Assembly: GCA_965247055.1 (NCBI GenBank)
Contig: CBDFGE010000004.1
Span: 199,895-263,894, forward strand
Length of the DNA stretch: 64,000 nucleotides
Origin: Dehalococcoidia bacterium
Lineage (GTDB): Bacteria; Chloroflexota; Dehalococcoidia; Lucifugimonadales; JAGWBF01
Direction: 5' to 3'
The position numbers and the translations under genes are program-made. Below the pieces are notes generated by a model that made no database searches, had not been told where the DNA came from, and worked only from the letters and a program-made list of their open reading frames with translations. Shown here piece after piece: positions 1 through 8,266 of this stretch. Positions within the stretch are counted from its first letter, which is position 1. The number at the start of each line of letters is the position of its first letter.

Positions 1-608
1 TCCTCATGGGTCTGCCTTCGAAGGGAGAAGAGCACGGCAAAGACGTAGATAATGATCAGCAGGCCGGCCAGCGAAGGGGTGAGCAGGCTCGCACTGAAAT
101 GGGCGTTTTCCAGTTCCACGGCCAGGAGCACGCTGGGCAGCCCGATGGCTACCAGCGCGAGGGCCATGAGGGTGAAGTTTACCTGGACGGGGGCGCGGCT
201 AAATCCCAGGTTCCGGTACCGGAGACCCGCAAAAAGGAGGCTCGTGCCCAGCACGAGGAGGAGCTGCCCCAGGATAGAGCCTATGAGGCTGGTTCGCACG
301 ACGACGAACAATCCTTGCTGGAGCGCCATGATAGAAATGATCATCTCGGCGGCGTTGCCGAAGGTGGCGTTGAGCAGCCCCCCCGAGATGGGGCCGAGCC
401 GGGAGCCCAGGGACTCCGTCGCCTGGCCCAGCCGGTAGCTCAGGGTGATGCAGGACAGGGCGGCGCAGGCAAAGACCATAGGGGGAGAGGCGCCGAAGTG
501 TTCCCCCACAATGGTAAGCGGGACGAACACCAGCATCGCGTTCATGACGTTCCCAGTGGTCACCAGGTTACCTCTAATGAAGGCCTTTGTCCCTGTCAGA
601 GTAGCCAT
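1..608 (-). CDS. Cation/H+ exchanger, CaCA (CAX/ChaA-like) family; 5' part only, gene continues past the left edge
   Basis: Absent from the ORF track because no stop lies in the window. Own reverse-strand translation from ATG 608-606 gives MATLTGTKAFIRGNLVTTGNVMNAMLVFVPLTIVGEHFGASPPMVFACAALSCITLSYRLGQATESLGSRLGPISGGLLNATFGNAAEMIISIMALQQGLFVVVRTSLIGSILGQLLLVLG... It shows the GNAAE alpha-repeat signature and several hydrophobic helices. AGGAGGG lies about 5 nt upstream, and the start abuts the TauE stop (610-612). Confidence 0.8.
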   Translation of the reverse strand, partial: MATLTGTKAFIRGNLVTTGNVMNAMLVFVPLTIVGEHFGASPPMVFACAALSCITLSYRLGQATESLGSRLGPISGGLLNATFGNAAEMIISIMALQQGLFVVVRTSLIGSILGQLLLVLGTSLLFAGLRYRNLGFSRAPVQVNFTLMALALVAIGLPSVLLAVELENAHFSASLLTPSLAGLLIIIYVFAVLFSLRRQTHE

Positions 609-609
609 T

Positions 610-1506
610 TCAACCCTCCTCCCGCCTGCTACCGGCGGGGTGCCCGGGCGCACTCCGCCGGTGGAACTGGTGTCTGACGAGGTGGCTTAGCATGACTGCC
701 CATACGGCCACCATGAAGATGACGAAGATGTATCTGAGGACGGGACTGGGCAGGGAGTTGGACAGGAGTGCGCCAAAGGCGGCGGCGACTACCGCCGGGC
801 CCGCCATGTAGAGGAGCACCCGGAGGTTCACGTTCCTGCCGCGGGCATGGGTGGCGGCTCCGGCCGCTGAATCGGCTAACGCGACTGACAGGGCGATCCC
901 CTGGGCCGCGTGGTGGTCGATCAGGAAGAACCCTACGAGGCTTGGGACAATCAGGCTGGCGCCGCTGATGCCCAGGAGCCCGCTCAGGAGGCCGGTGCCG
1001 AATCCCAGCGCGACCAGAGTGAGGACGCTGGCCGACAACGTTGGGGACGCTAAGGAAGGCGACAGCTCCTTAACCGCGAAGTAGGGTAGGATGACTAAGA
1101 AGGCGACGAGCATGACGCGCAGCGACAGGCGCCTCGCGGCGAGTGCGCCCAAGACGGCCCCTGTGGCGCTGCCTATGGCGATGGGCCAGCCCAGCCCAAG
1201 GTCCAGGTGTCCCAGGGAGGCGTAGGCTCCCGAGCCCACCAGGGAAATCAGAAGCACCGTGGCCAGCGTTGTGCCCGCCACCTGCGCGGGCCGCAATGCG
1301 CCCGTGAGCAGGAGCAGCGGGGCTATCGCCGAGCCGCCGCCGATCCCCAGCAGGTCCCCCAGCAGCCCGCCGGTAAGGCCGATCGCGTAGAGGGTCGAGG
1401 CCCTGGGAGCACTCCGGAGCAGAGAATGGACGCTGGCGGGAGGAGGACCGGAAGCGGATACCCAACGGAAATTGTGGGAGACACGCTGAGCAAGAGGAAT
1501 CTTCAC
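610..1506 (-). CDS. TSUP / TauE-SafE family anion exporter (DUF81)
   Basis: 298-aa polytopic ORF. The glycine-rich segments LGIGGGSAIAPLLLL and LGISGASLIVPSLVGF are typical of the two halves of TauE/SafE proteins. The first ~35 aa are not hydrophobic, so the true start may be further downstream at a non-ATG codon. Confidence 0.7.
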   Translation of the reverse strand: MKIPLAQRVSHNFRWVSASGPPPASVHSLLRSAPRASTLYAIGLTGGLLGDLLGIGGGSAIAPLLLLTGALRPAQVAGTTLATVLLISLVGSGAYASLGHLDLGLGWPIAIGSATGAVLGALAARRLSLRVMLVAFLVILPYFAVKELSPSLASPTLSASVLTLVALGFGTGLLSGLLGISGASLIVPSLVGFFLIDHHAAQGIALSVALADSAAGAATHARGRNVNLRVLLYMAGPAVVAAAFGALLSNSLPSPVLRYIFVIFMVAVWAVMLSHLVRHQFHRRSAPGHPAGSRREEG

Positions 1507-2001
1507 GGGTGCCGTCCTTACGTTCGGACCAGGGAGACCTGGCCCTCACATTTGCTAGGGCAGTGGTGCTGGCACCCGACTGCCCCGCGTTATACGGGTG
1601 GCCCTCGCCACCCATTAAGACAGCGGAATCTTATCACCCGCGCCGTGGAGGATTTCAAGTGGCCAGGGGATCTGTTTTCGAGGAAAATGGCAGCACTGGC
1701 CCCCGAGAACGCCCCCGGACAAAGGACACGGAACGGCGGGCAAAACGCCCGTGCCCTGTCTTCCCAACTCTCTTGCTCCGCCACATCCCCAGAGCAAGGA
1801 GGTCCAGTGTCACCTATCTACCGGACGAGTTACGGTCTTCATTTTCCTGTCATGCTGAGGAGCGAAGCGACGAAGCATCTGGTGGGGAACGGTCGACGAT
1901 TTCGAATACGCTTTGCTGAGATGGCCGCCCCTGCCTCACCAGACCCTTCGCCTTCGGCTCAGGGTGACAATGAAAAGACCCTACTGGACGAGTACACGCT
2001 A

Positions 2002-2030
2002 TTGACCCCCGATTTGGGCGGGGTTATAAT
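2002..2030 (+). promoter_or_regulatory. Sigma70-like promoter of purF (TTGACC - 17 nt - TATAAT)
   Basis: TTGACC at 2002-2007, a 17-nt spacer, TATAAT at 2025-2030. This is an AT-rich hexamer in GC-rich intergenic DNA. The -10 ends only 6 nt before the GTG at 2037. Confidence 0.45.
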
Positions 2031-2036
2031 GCGGGC

Positions 2037-3488
2037 GTGAACACGACGTCTGGGCCTCCCGGAACCGGGATCCCGTTCGATCACCCCAGGGAAGAGTGTG
2101 GGGTCGTGGGGGTTTACGCACCGGAGGGAAATGCCAGCCGTTTGGCTTTTTTCGGCCTGTTTGCCCTTCAGCACCGGGGGCAGGAGAGCGCCGGCATCGC
2201 TGCCTCCGACGGGCGCTCCATTAAGGTCCACTCCAGCATGGGCCTCGTCACGCAGATTTTCCGTGAGGAAGCGTTATACCCGCTGTCGGGTAGCTTCGCA
2301 ATAGGGCACACCCGTTACTCCACCATGGGGTCCAACGTGGCCTGTAACGCCCAGCCGTTGGTGGTAAAAGGTGTCCATGGGGAGCTGGCGCTGGGCCATA
2401 ACGGGAACGTGGTCAATGCGCCGGAGCTGCAACGGGAGCTTGCGGAGCGGTGGGGGTGCAACTTCACCTCCACCACCGACTCGGAGGTCATAGCATTTCT
2501 CCTGGCCAACGCTCCGGGGACAACGTGGGAGGAGCGTATCGCCCACTGTATGCGTACCCTCCAAGGCGCCTTCTCCGCTGTAGCGCTCACCCCCGATACC
2601 ATGATAGGGATGAGGGACCCACTGGGCGTCCGTCCCATGTGCCTGGGCCAGCTTGACGGTGGATGGGTTATAGCTTCCGAGAGCTGCGCCCTGGATCACT
2701 TGGGAGCCACTTTTGTGCGGGAGCTGGAAGCCGGTGAGGCGGTGCTGATAGATAAAAACGGCCTGAGGTCCTTCGTCTGGCCGGGAGTAGGCACCCGTCG
2801 TGCCCTGTGCGTCTTCGAGCTCATATACTTCGCCCGGCCCGACAGTATCCTGGATGGGAAGCTGGTATACGCGGCCCGGCGGGCAATGGGCGCTCGGCTG
2901 GCAAGGGAACATCCGGCCGAGGCGGACGTGGTCATCGGCGTGCCCGATTCGGCCACTGCCGCCGCCGTGGGCTATGCCCAGGAGCTGTCGATACCCTACA
3001 GCGATGGCCTGGTGAAGAACCGCTACGTGGGCCGGACCTTTATTGAGCCCGACCAGAGGATGAGGGACCTGGGTGTCAGGCTGAAGTTCAATCCTCTGCC
3101 CGACGTGGTCTCAGGCAAGCGGGTCGTGCTGGTGGACGACAGCATCGTCCGGGGGACTACCACGCCCCACGTGGTCGGCCTGCTCCGTAAGGCGGGCGCG
3201 CAGGAGGTCCATATGAGGGTGTGCGCGCCTCCTATACAGCACCCCTGCCATCTCGGTGTGGACATGGCCACCCGCCGGGAACTAATTGCGGCCAACAAAA
3301 CTGTGGAAGAGATACGGCAGTTCATAGGAGCGGATTCCCTGGGCTACCTGAGCGTCGGGGGCCTCCTGAAGACTGTGGGGGGCGGCGACGGTGGTTTCTG
3401 TGACGCGTGTTTCACCGGGAACTACCCCATTCCCGTTCAGCTGGAGATGGACAAACTGGTCCTGGAGCACTCCCGGAAGCCCTCCTGA
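2037..3488 (+). CDS. purF: Amidophosphoribosyltransferase
   Basis: 483 aa. A short propeptide precedes CGVVGVYAPEG (Ntn catalytic Cys). GLFALQHRGQESAGIA and a C-terminal PRTase fold (VVLVDDSIVRGTT) are present. Confidence 0.95.
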   Translation: MNTTSGPPGTGIPFDHPREECGVVGVYAPEGNASRLAFFGLFALQHRGQESAGIAASDGRSIKVHSSMGLVTQIFREEALYPLSGSFAIGHTRYSTMGSNVACNAQPLVVKGVHGELALGHNGNVVNAPELQRELAERWGCNFTSTTDSEVIAFLLANAPGTTWEERIAHCMRTLQGAFSAVALTPDTMIGMRDPLGVRPMCLGQLDGGWVIASESCALDHLGATFVRELEAGEAVLIDKNGLRSFVWPGVGTRRALCVFELIYFARPDSILDGKLVYAARRAMGARLAREHPAEADVVIGVPDSATAAAVGYAQELSIPYSDGLVKNRYVGRTFIEPDQRMRDLGVRLKFNPLPDVVSGKRVVLVDDSIVRGTTTPHVVGLLRKAGAQEVHMRVCAPPIQHPCHLGVDMATRRELIAANKTVEEIRQFIGADSLGYLSVGGLLKTVGGGDGGFCDACFTGNYPIPVQLEMDKLVLEHSRKPS

Positions 3489-3528
3489 GGGCGGCGCCGC
3501 GCACCGTCTGGTCCCCTCTCGCCCATCT

Positions 3529-3557
3529 TTGCGCCGTACCCGCCGATGCTATATACT
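3529..3557 (+). promoter_or_regulatory. Candidate promoter of purM (TTGCGC - 17 nt - TATACT)
   Basis: TTGCGC 3529-3534, a 17-nt spacer, TATACT 3552-3557. A GGGAGG Shine-Dalgarno lies at about 3574, ahead of ATG 3587. Confidence 0.35.
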
Positions 3558-3586
3558 TTCCTCTGTATTTCCGAGGGAGGTAGCGT

Positions 3587-4603
3587 ATGGCCGGCGAGAC
3601 GTACCTGTCGGCCGGTGTTGACCAGGGGGCCCTCGCGGGTATCAAAGAGAGGATCGGTGCCTTCTGCCGCATCACCCACGGCCCCCAGGTACTGGGTGGC
3701 GTGGGCGGGTTCGCCGGGATGTACCGGCTAGAGGGATACGCGGAGCCGGTGCTCCTGGCCAGCGCCGACGGCGTCGGCACCAAGCTGAAAATAGGCGCTC
3801 TTCTGGGACACTACGAGTCTCTGGGTATCGACCTGGTCAACCTGAACGTCGACGACGTGGTCACGAGGGGGGGCAAGCCCCTGTTTTTCCTGGACTACGT
3901 CTCCATGAGTACATTGGATGTCCAGCGCACCGACGCGCTGCTACGGGGCATGGCCTGGGCGTGCCGGGAGGTGGGATGTGCCCTTCTAGGGGGTGAGACC
4001 GCCATGACGCCCGGCGTGTACGTGGGAGAGGACTTCGACCTGGCGGGCTTTGTGGTGGGTGTGGTGGAGCGAGCGTCGCTCATCGACGGCTCCCGTATCG
4101 CTGAGGGCGACGCCCTGCTTGGCATTCCCTCCAGTGGAGTCCATACGAACGGCCTCACTCTGGTGCGCCGCGTGTTCAACATAGAGGACAACCCGGCCGT
4201 CCTTCATCGGCGTTACGACGAGCTGAACCATGCCCTGGGAGAGGAGCTCCTTATCCCCCACCGCTGCTATTACCCCATGCTGGAGCCGGCCTTTCCCATG
4301 ATAAAGGGCATGGCCCACATCAGCGGGGGGGGGCTCGTTGAAAATGTGCCCAGGACCCTGTCTGCAGGGCTGTCCGCCCGGTTCTGGCTGGGCTCCTGGG
4401 ACGTCCATCCCATATTCGGTATCATCCAAAAGGAAGGGAACGTACACCGGGATGAGATGTTCCGGGTGTTCAACATGGGCCTCGGCATGGTCTTGGTGTG
4501 CGCTCCGGAGGCAGTAGAGACGATACGGGGTATGGTCCCCGATGCCAGAGTTGTGGGTGAGGTGGTCCCTCGCAGTGACGAGGCCCGGGTGGTGATTCAA
4601 TAG
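3587..4603 (+). CDS. purM: Phosphoribosylformylglycinamidine cyclo-ligase (AIR synthetase)
   Basis: 338 aa. Motifs seen: YLSAGVDQGA, GGFAGMY, LLASADGVGTKLKIG, GGETAMTPGVY, HISGGGLVENVPR. Confidence 0.95.
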   Translation: MAGETYLSAGVDQGALAGIKERIGAFCRITHGPQVLGGVGGFAGMYRLEGYAEPVLLASADGVGTKLKIGALLGHYESLGIDLVNLNVDDVVTRGGKPLFFLDYVSMSTLDVQRTDALLRGMAWACREVGCALLGGETAMTPGVYVGEDFDLAGFVVGVVERASLIDGSRIAEGDALLGIPSSGVHTNGLTLVRRVFNIEDNPAVLHRRYDELNHALGEELLIPHRCYYPMLEPAFPMIKGMAHISGGGLVENVPRTLSAGLSARFWLGSWDVHPIFGIIQKEGNVHRDEMFRVFNMGLGMVLVCAPEAVETIRGMVPDARVVGEVVPRSDEARVVIQ

Positions 4604-4665
4604 TGTCCTTGACCGCCGGCGCGGGCTGCGGTTAGGCCGGCGTACATGTCGAAGGGAGGACGGGT

Positions 4666-6225
4666 TTGGACAGGCTGGCCCTGGTCAGTGTCTACGACAA
4701 GACAGGGGTTGTTGAGTTCGCCAGGCGGCTGCACCAGTCGGGGATAGGGCTGATAAGCACGGGGGGCACTCACAGAACCCTTACCCAGGAGGGCTCGCTC
4801 CCGGTCCGCCAGGTGTCCGACCTGACGGGCTTTCCCGAGATTCTGGACGGGCGGGTCAAGACCCTCCATCCCCGGGTCCACGGAGGCCTCCTGGCCCGCA
4901 GAGACGTCCCTGCACACATGGAGGAGCTGAGCCAACAGGAGATCCAGGTCATAGACCTGGTGGTGGTAAATCTGTACCCGTTCCTGGAGACTATCAGCAG
5001 GCCCGGGGTAACCCTGGAGGAGGCGCTGGAGAACATCGACATCGGGGGCCCCACCCTACTGAGGGCAGGCGCCAAGAACTTCCCTTCGGTTACGGTGGTG
5101 GTGGACCCCTCGGATTACCACTGGGTAGCTGAGCGCCTTGCGGACTCGGGGCCGAGCATCGAGGAGCGGCGCCAGTTGGCCTTCAAGGCCTTTCGCCACG
5201 TCTCACTGTATGACACCGCGGTGGCGGGATACCTGGAGGGGCCGAGGGCGGATAAGGCTGACCCTGAACATGGCGGAGTGCTTCCCCAGGAGCTGGTCCT
5301 CGCCTACCGCAGGCACCAGGAGCTGCGCTATGGCGAAAATCCCCATCAGAAGGGTGCCCTGTATGTGCCCGTCAGGGGGGGAGGGGGCGGTGTCGCCGCC
5401 GCCAGTCAGCTTCATGGCAAGGAGCTCTCCTACAACAACCTCCTGGACGCCGACGCCGCCTGGCGGACGGCGGGCGATTTCCAGGAGGCTGCGGTGGTGA
5501 TCGTCAAGCACACCAACCCTTGTGGCCTGGCCTGCCATGCCGACCTTGCGGAGGCTTACCGCCGGGCCTATTCGGGGGATACCGTGTCGGCCTTCGGCGG
5601 TATCGTGGGGTTCAACCGCACCGTTACCGCGGCCGTGGCGAGGGAGATGAGTGGGGTGTTCTACGAGGTGGTGGTAGCCCCCGGTTACGAGCCGGAAGCG
5701 CTGGAGGTCCTGAGAAAGAGGCGCAACCTGCGCGTCCTGGAGGTGCCGAGCCCGGAGGAGGGCGCACCTTCCTTCGACCTCCGCCCCGTCGGCGGAGGGT
5801 TGCTGGTCCAGACCCAGGACCTGCTGGCCGAGGACCCCCAGTCCTGGACGAGGGTTACCGAAAGGGCGCCCACAGACCAGGAATGCCGGGACCTCGCCTT
5901 TGCCTGGAGGGCGGCGAAGCACATCAAGTCGAACGCGATCGTCCTTGCCCGGGACTGCACTCTCCTGGGAATGGGAGCCGGCCAGCCCAACCGGGTGACC
6001 AGCGTGCATCTGGCCGTTCGTGCCGCCGGGGACCGCTCCCGGAGCAGCGTCCTCGCCTCCGACGCCTTCTTCCCCTTTGCCGATGGCCTTGAGCTGGCCG
6101 CCGAGGGTGGGGTGGCCGCCGTCGTACAGCCGGGGGGCTCCATGCGGGATGAAGAGGTGATAGCGGCGGCGGACAGGCATGGCATCGCGATGCTGTTTAC
6201 CGGCGTGAGACACTTCAGGCACTAG
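4666..6225 (+). CDS. purH: Bifunctional AICAR transformylase / IMP cyclohydrolase
   Basis: 519 aa with a TTG start after GAAGGGAGGA. Motifs seen: LVSVYDKTGVVEFAR, ISTGGT, DLVVVNLYPF, HGKELSYNNLLDADAA, VKHTNPCG, C-terminal FTGVRHFRH. Confidence 0.95.
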   Translation: MDRLALVSVYDKTGVVEFARRLHQSGIGLISTGGTHRTLTQEGSLPVRQVSDLTGFPEILDGRVKTLHPRVHGGLLARRDVPAHMEELSQQEIQVIDLVVVNLYPFLETISRPGVTLEEALENIDIGGPTLLRAGAKNFPSVTVVVDPSDYHWVAERLADSGPSIEERRQLAFKAFRHVSLYDTAVAGYLEGPRADKADPEHGGVLPQELVLAYRRHQELRYGENPHQKGALYVPVRGGGGGVAAASQLHGKELSYNNLLDADAAWRTAGDFQEAAVVIVKHTNPCGLACHADLAEAYRRAYSGDTVSAFGGIVGFNRTVTAAVAREMSGVFYEVVVAPGYEPEALEVLRKRRNLRVLEVPSPEEGAPSFDLRPVGGGLLVQTQDLLAEDPQSWTRVTERAPTDQECRDLAFAWRAAKHIKSNAIVLARDCTLLGMGAGQPNRVTSVHLAVRAAGDRSRSSVLASDAFFPFADGLELAAEGGVAAVVQPGGSMRDEEVIAAADRHGIAMLFTGVRHFRH

Positions 6226-6227
6226 GC

Positions 6228-6251
6228 GGGCCGCAGGAACGGCAGCGGCCC
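6228..6251 (+). terminator. GC-rich hairpin just after the purH stop (possible terminator)
   Basis: GGGCCGC (6228-6234) pairs with GCGGCCC (6245-6251) around a 10-nt loop. No U-tract follows. Confidence 0.25.
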
Positions 6252-6341
6252 ACTCTACACACTCCAGATACATCCTTGAGGACCGTTCCGAGGTCCGCCG
6301 TCTGATGGGGAATAAGGGAGGCGGGCCGGGGTGGCGCGAAT

Positions 6342-7103
6342 ATGGCGGATCGGCAGACGAGGCCCACGGTAGACATCGTGATACCCGTGTACAACGAGGA
6401 GAAGGACCTCCCCCGCAGTGTCGAGATACTGACCCGGTTCCTGAGGGAGAACCTTGAGAACCCCTGGCGAGTGGTCGTCGCCGACAACGGCTCCACCGAT
6501 AACACCCTCTCTGTCGCCGGGATGCTGTCCAGCAAGTACACCGGTGTTTCCTGCGTCCACATCCCACAGAAGGGAAGAGGAAACGCCCTGCGCCGCGTAT
6601 GGCTGGAGAGCACCGCGGACATCGTCAGCTACATGGACGTGGACCTGTCCACCGACCTGAACCACTTTCCCGGCCTGATACAGGCCATCGAGGAGGGCTC
6701 CCACATCGCCATAGGCAGCCGCCTCTCGAGGGGGTCCAGGGTGAAGCGGTCCTTCAAGCGAGAGTTCATCTCCCGGTCGTACAGCGCTATGATCAGGCTA
6801 ATGTTCTTCACCCCCTTTCGGGACGCCCAGTGCGGGTTCAAGGCCCTTCGGCGGGAGACAGTGCAGGTCCTGGTGCCGCTGGTCAAGAACGGCAACTGGT
6901 TTTTTGATACAGAGCTGCTTATCATCGCGGCCCGGCGGGGGTTACGGATAAAGGAGATTCCGGTGCATTGGGAGGACGATCCGGACAGCCGGGTCAAGAT
7001 TATTCGCACTGCCTGGGAGGACATCAAGGGGCTTCTAAGGCTCCGCTTCGGCGGCATTCCCCGTCTACCATTGGCTGCGGAGGATAGCCGGCGAGTCCCC
7101 TGA
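6342..7103 (+). CDS. Family 2 glycosyltransferase (polyprenyl-phosphate sugar transferase-like)
   Basis: 253 aa. Motifs seen: VDIVIPVYNEEKDL, VVVADNGSTDNT, YMDVDLSTD (DxD), AQCGFKALRRE. Confidence 0.8.
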   Translation: MADRQTRPTVDIVIPVYNEEKDLPRSVEILTRFLRENLENPWRVVVADNGSTDNTLSVAGMLSSKYTGVSCVHIPQKGRGNALRRVWLESTADIVSYMDVDLSTDLNHFPGLIQAIEEGSHIAIGSRLSRGSRVKRSFKREFISRSYSAMIRLMFFTPFRDAQCGFKALRRETVQVLVPLVKNGNWFFDTELLIIAARRGLRIKEIPVHWEDDPDSRVKIIRTAWEDIKGLLRLRFGGIPRLPLAAEDSRRVP

Positions 7104-7216
7104 ACAGGACCCGACTCCGGCTTCCACACCTCCTTGGGGACTCCAGCCGCCGGTGGATGGTCCGTTGGTGGGTACATGGGCAGATGACGAGACGCGGGTG
7201 AATAAGGAGGGGAAAG

Positions 7217-8185
7217 GTGAAAGCTATTCGAATCCACGAGGTCGGGGGCCCGGAGGTCCTAAAGTACGAGGAGTGTCCTACCCCGATCCCAGGGCGAGGT
7301 GAAGTCCGCGTGGACGTGCGGGCCGTCGGCGTCAACTTCACCGACGTCAACACCAGGAAGGGGGTTAACCCGCCCGCCAGCCTCCCAATGACGCCCGGAC
7401 GCGAGGCCGCCGGGGTGGTCTCGGCGGTGGGCGAGGGCGTGACCGAGGTGAAGGTGGGTGACCCGGTAGTCTACTGCTCGGTGACGGGCTCTTATGCCGA
7501 GCAGGTGGTGGTCCCGGGGAGCGTGCTTGTGAGGATTCCCGATGGGATGGATGCCAGGACTGCCGCCGGGGTACTGCTCCAGGGCATGACGGCCCACTTT
7601 CTGGCCAATAGCGCCTATCCGCTGAAGCCCGGAGACACCGCCCTGGTGCACGCGGGTGCCGGCGGGACCGGTCTGCTCCTGATTCAGATGGCCAAGCGGG
7701 CGGGGGCTCGGGTCTTCGCCACCGTTTCCACAGAGGAGAAGGCGGCGGTGGCCAGAGATGCGGGGGCCGACCGGGCCATCATCTACAGGAGGGAAGACTT
7801 CGAGCAAGAGGTAAAGGAAGCGACCGATGGCCGGGGAGTGGAGGTGGTCTACGACTCGGTGGGCAAAGTCACCCTTGAGAAGAGCCTGAACTGCGTCGCC
7901 CGCCGGGGATACCTGGCGCTGTACGGTTTCGCCAGCGGGCAGGTGCCCACGGTGAACATGGCGCTCCTGGCCAGAGGTTCGGTATACCTGACCCGTCCCA
8001 CCCTGGACGACTACGCCAGAGACCGTCAGGAGCTTCTAAGCAGGGCTGGAGAGGTGCTGGGGTGGGTGGCGTCGGGCGAGCTGAAGGTACGCATCGGCGG
8101 GACCTTCCCCCTTGCCGACGCCGCAGGGGCCCACCGCCAGCTCGAAGGACGCCACACCACCGGCAAGCTCTTGCTCATCCCGTAG
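7217..8185 (+). CDS. qor: NADPH:quinone oxidoreductase, MDR (zeta-crystallin) family
   Basis: 322 aa with a GTG start after AAGGAGGGG. Motifs seen: MKAIRIHEVGGPEVL, GVNFTDVNTRKG, VHAGAGGTGLLLIQMAK, TTGKLLLIP. Confidence 0.85.
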   Translation: MKAIRIHEVGGPEVLKYEECPTPIPGRGEVRVDVRAVGVNFTDVNTRKGVNPPASLPMTPGREAAGVVSAVGEGVTEVKVGDPVVYCSVTGSYAEQVVVPGSVLVRIPDGMDARTAAGVLLQGMTAHFLANSAYPLKPGDTALVHAGAGGTGLLLIQMAKRAGARVFATVSTEEKAAVARDAGADRAIIYRREDFEQEVKEATDGRGVEVVYDSVGKVTLEKSLNCVARRGYLALYGFASGQVPTVNMALLARGSVYLTRPTLDDYARDRQELLSRAGEVLGWVASGELKVRIGGTFPLADAAGAHRQLEGRHTTGKLLLIP

Positions 8186-8234
8186 CCGAGCGGGACCTCG
8201 TCAAGCGCCGTCGAGGTGTAGAAGCCGCCCTCGG

Positions 8235-8266
8235 GCTGAGACCCTCACGGCGGTAGGGGTCTCAGC
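8235..8266. terminator. Perfect 10-bp stem hairpin between convergent qor and the GrdB-like gene (possible bidirectional terminator)
   Basis: GCTGAGACCC (8235-8244) pairs with GGGTCTCAGC (8257-8266) around a 12-nt loop. It overlaps the stop codon of the minus-strand gene. There is no U-tract. Confidence 0.4.

Noticed and set aside
6-690. Plus-strand track ORFs 6-677, 52-438 and 445-690.
   Set aside because: Their products are Arg/Gly/His-rich with no motifs. The opposite strand encodes a clean CaCA exchanger N-terminus (GNAAE motif, TM helices, SD-ATG at 608). These are antisense artefacts of high-GC DNA.
1640-1710. Possible SRP RNA or riboswitch-like element (GAGGAAAAUGGCAGCAC within a GGCCAG...CUGGCC stem; ACGGAACGGCGGGCAA resembling a glycine-riboswitch core).
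   Set aside because: The matches to the consensus cores that I remember are only partial, and the flanking gene context (TauE, purF) does not fit. Left as an unexplained structured spacer.
5203-6567. Long antisense ORFs, including 5203-6567 (454 aa), 10744-12345 (533 aa), 21061-22272, 26373-27722, 36359-37411, 47315-48505, 52495-53805, 54049-55224 and 59873-61996.
   Set aside because: Each lies opposite a gene with strong family motifs. Their translations are R/G/P/H-rich low complexity without SD-led starts, the typical shadow ORFs of GC-rich genomes.
7221-7235. TTCGAATCC T-loop-like string suggesting a tRNA.
   Set aside because: It lies in the first codons of qor (AAA GCT ATT CGA ATC CAC), and no acceptor or anticodon stems can be drawn.
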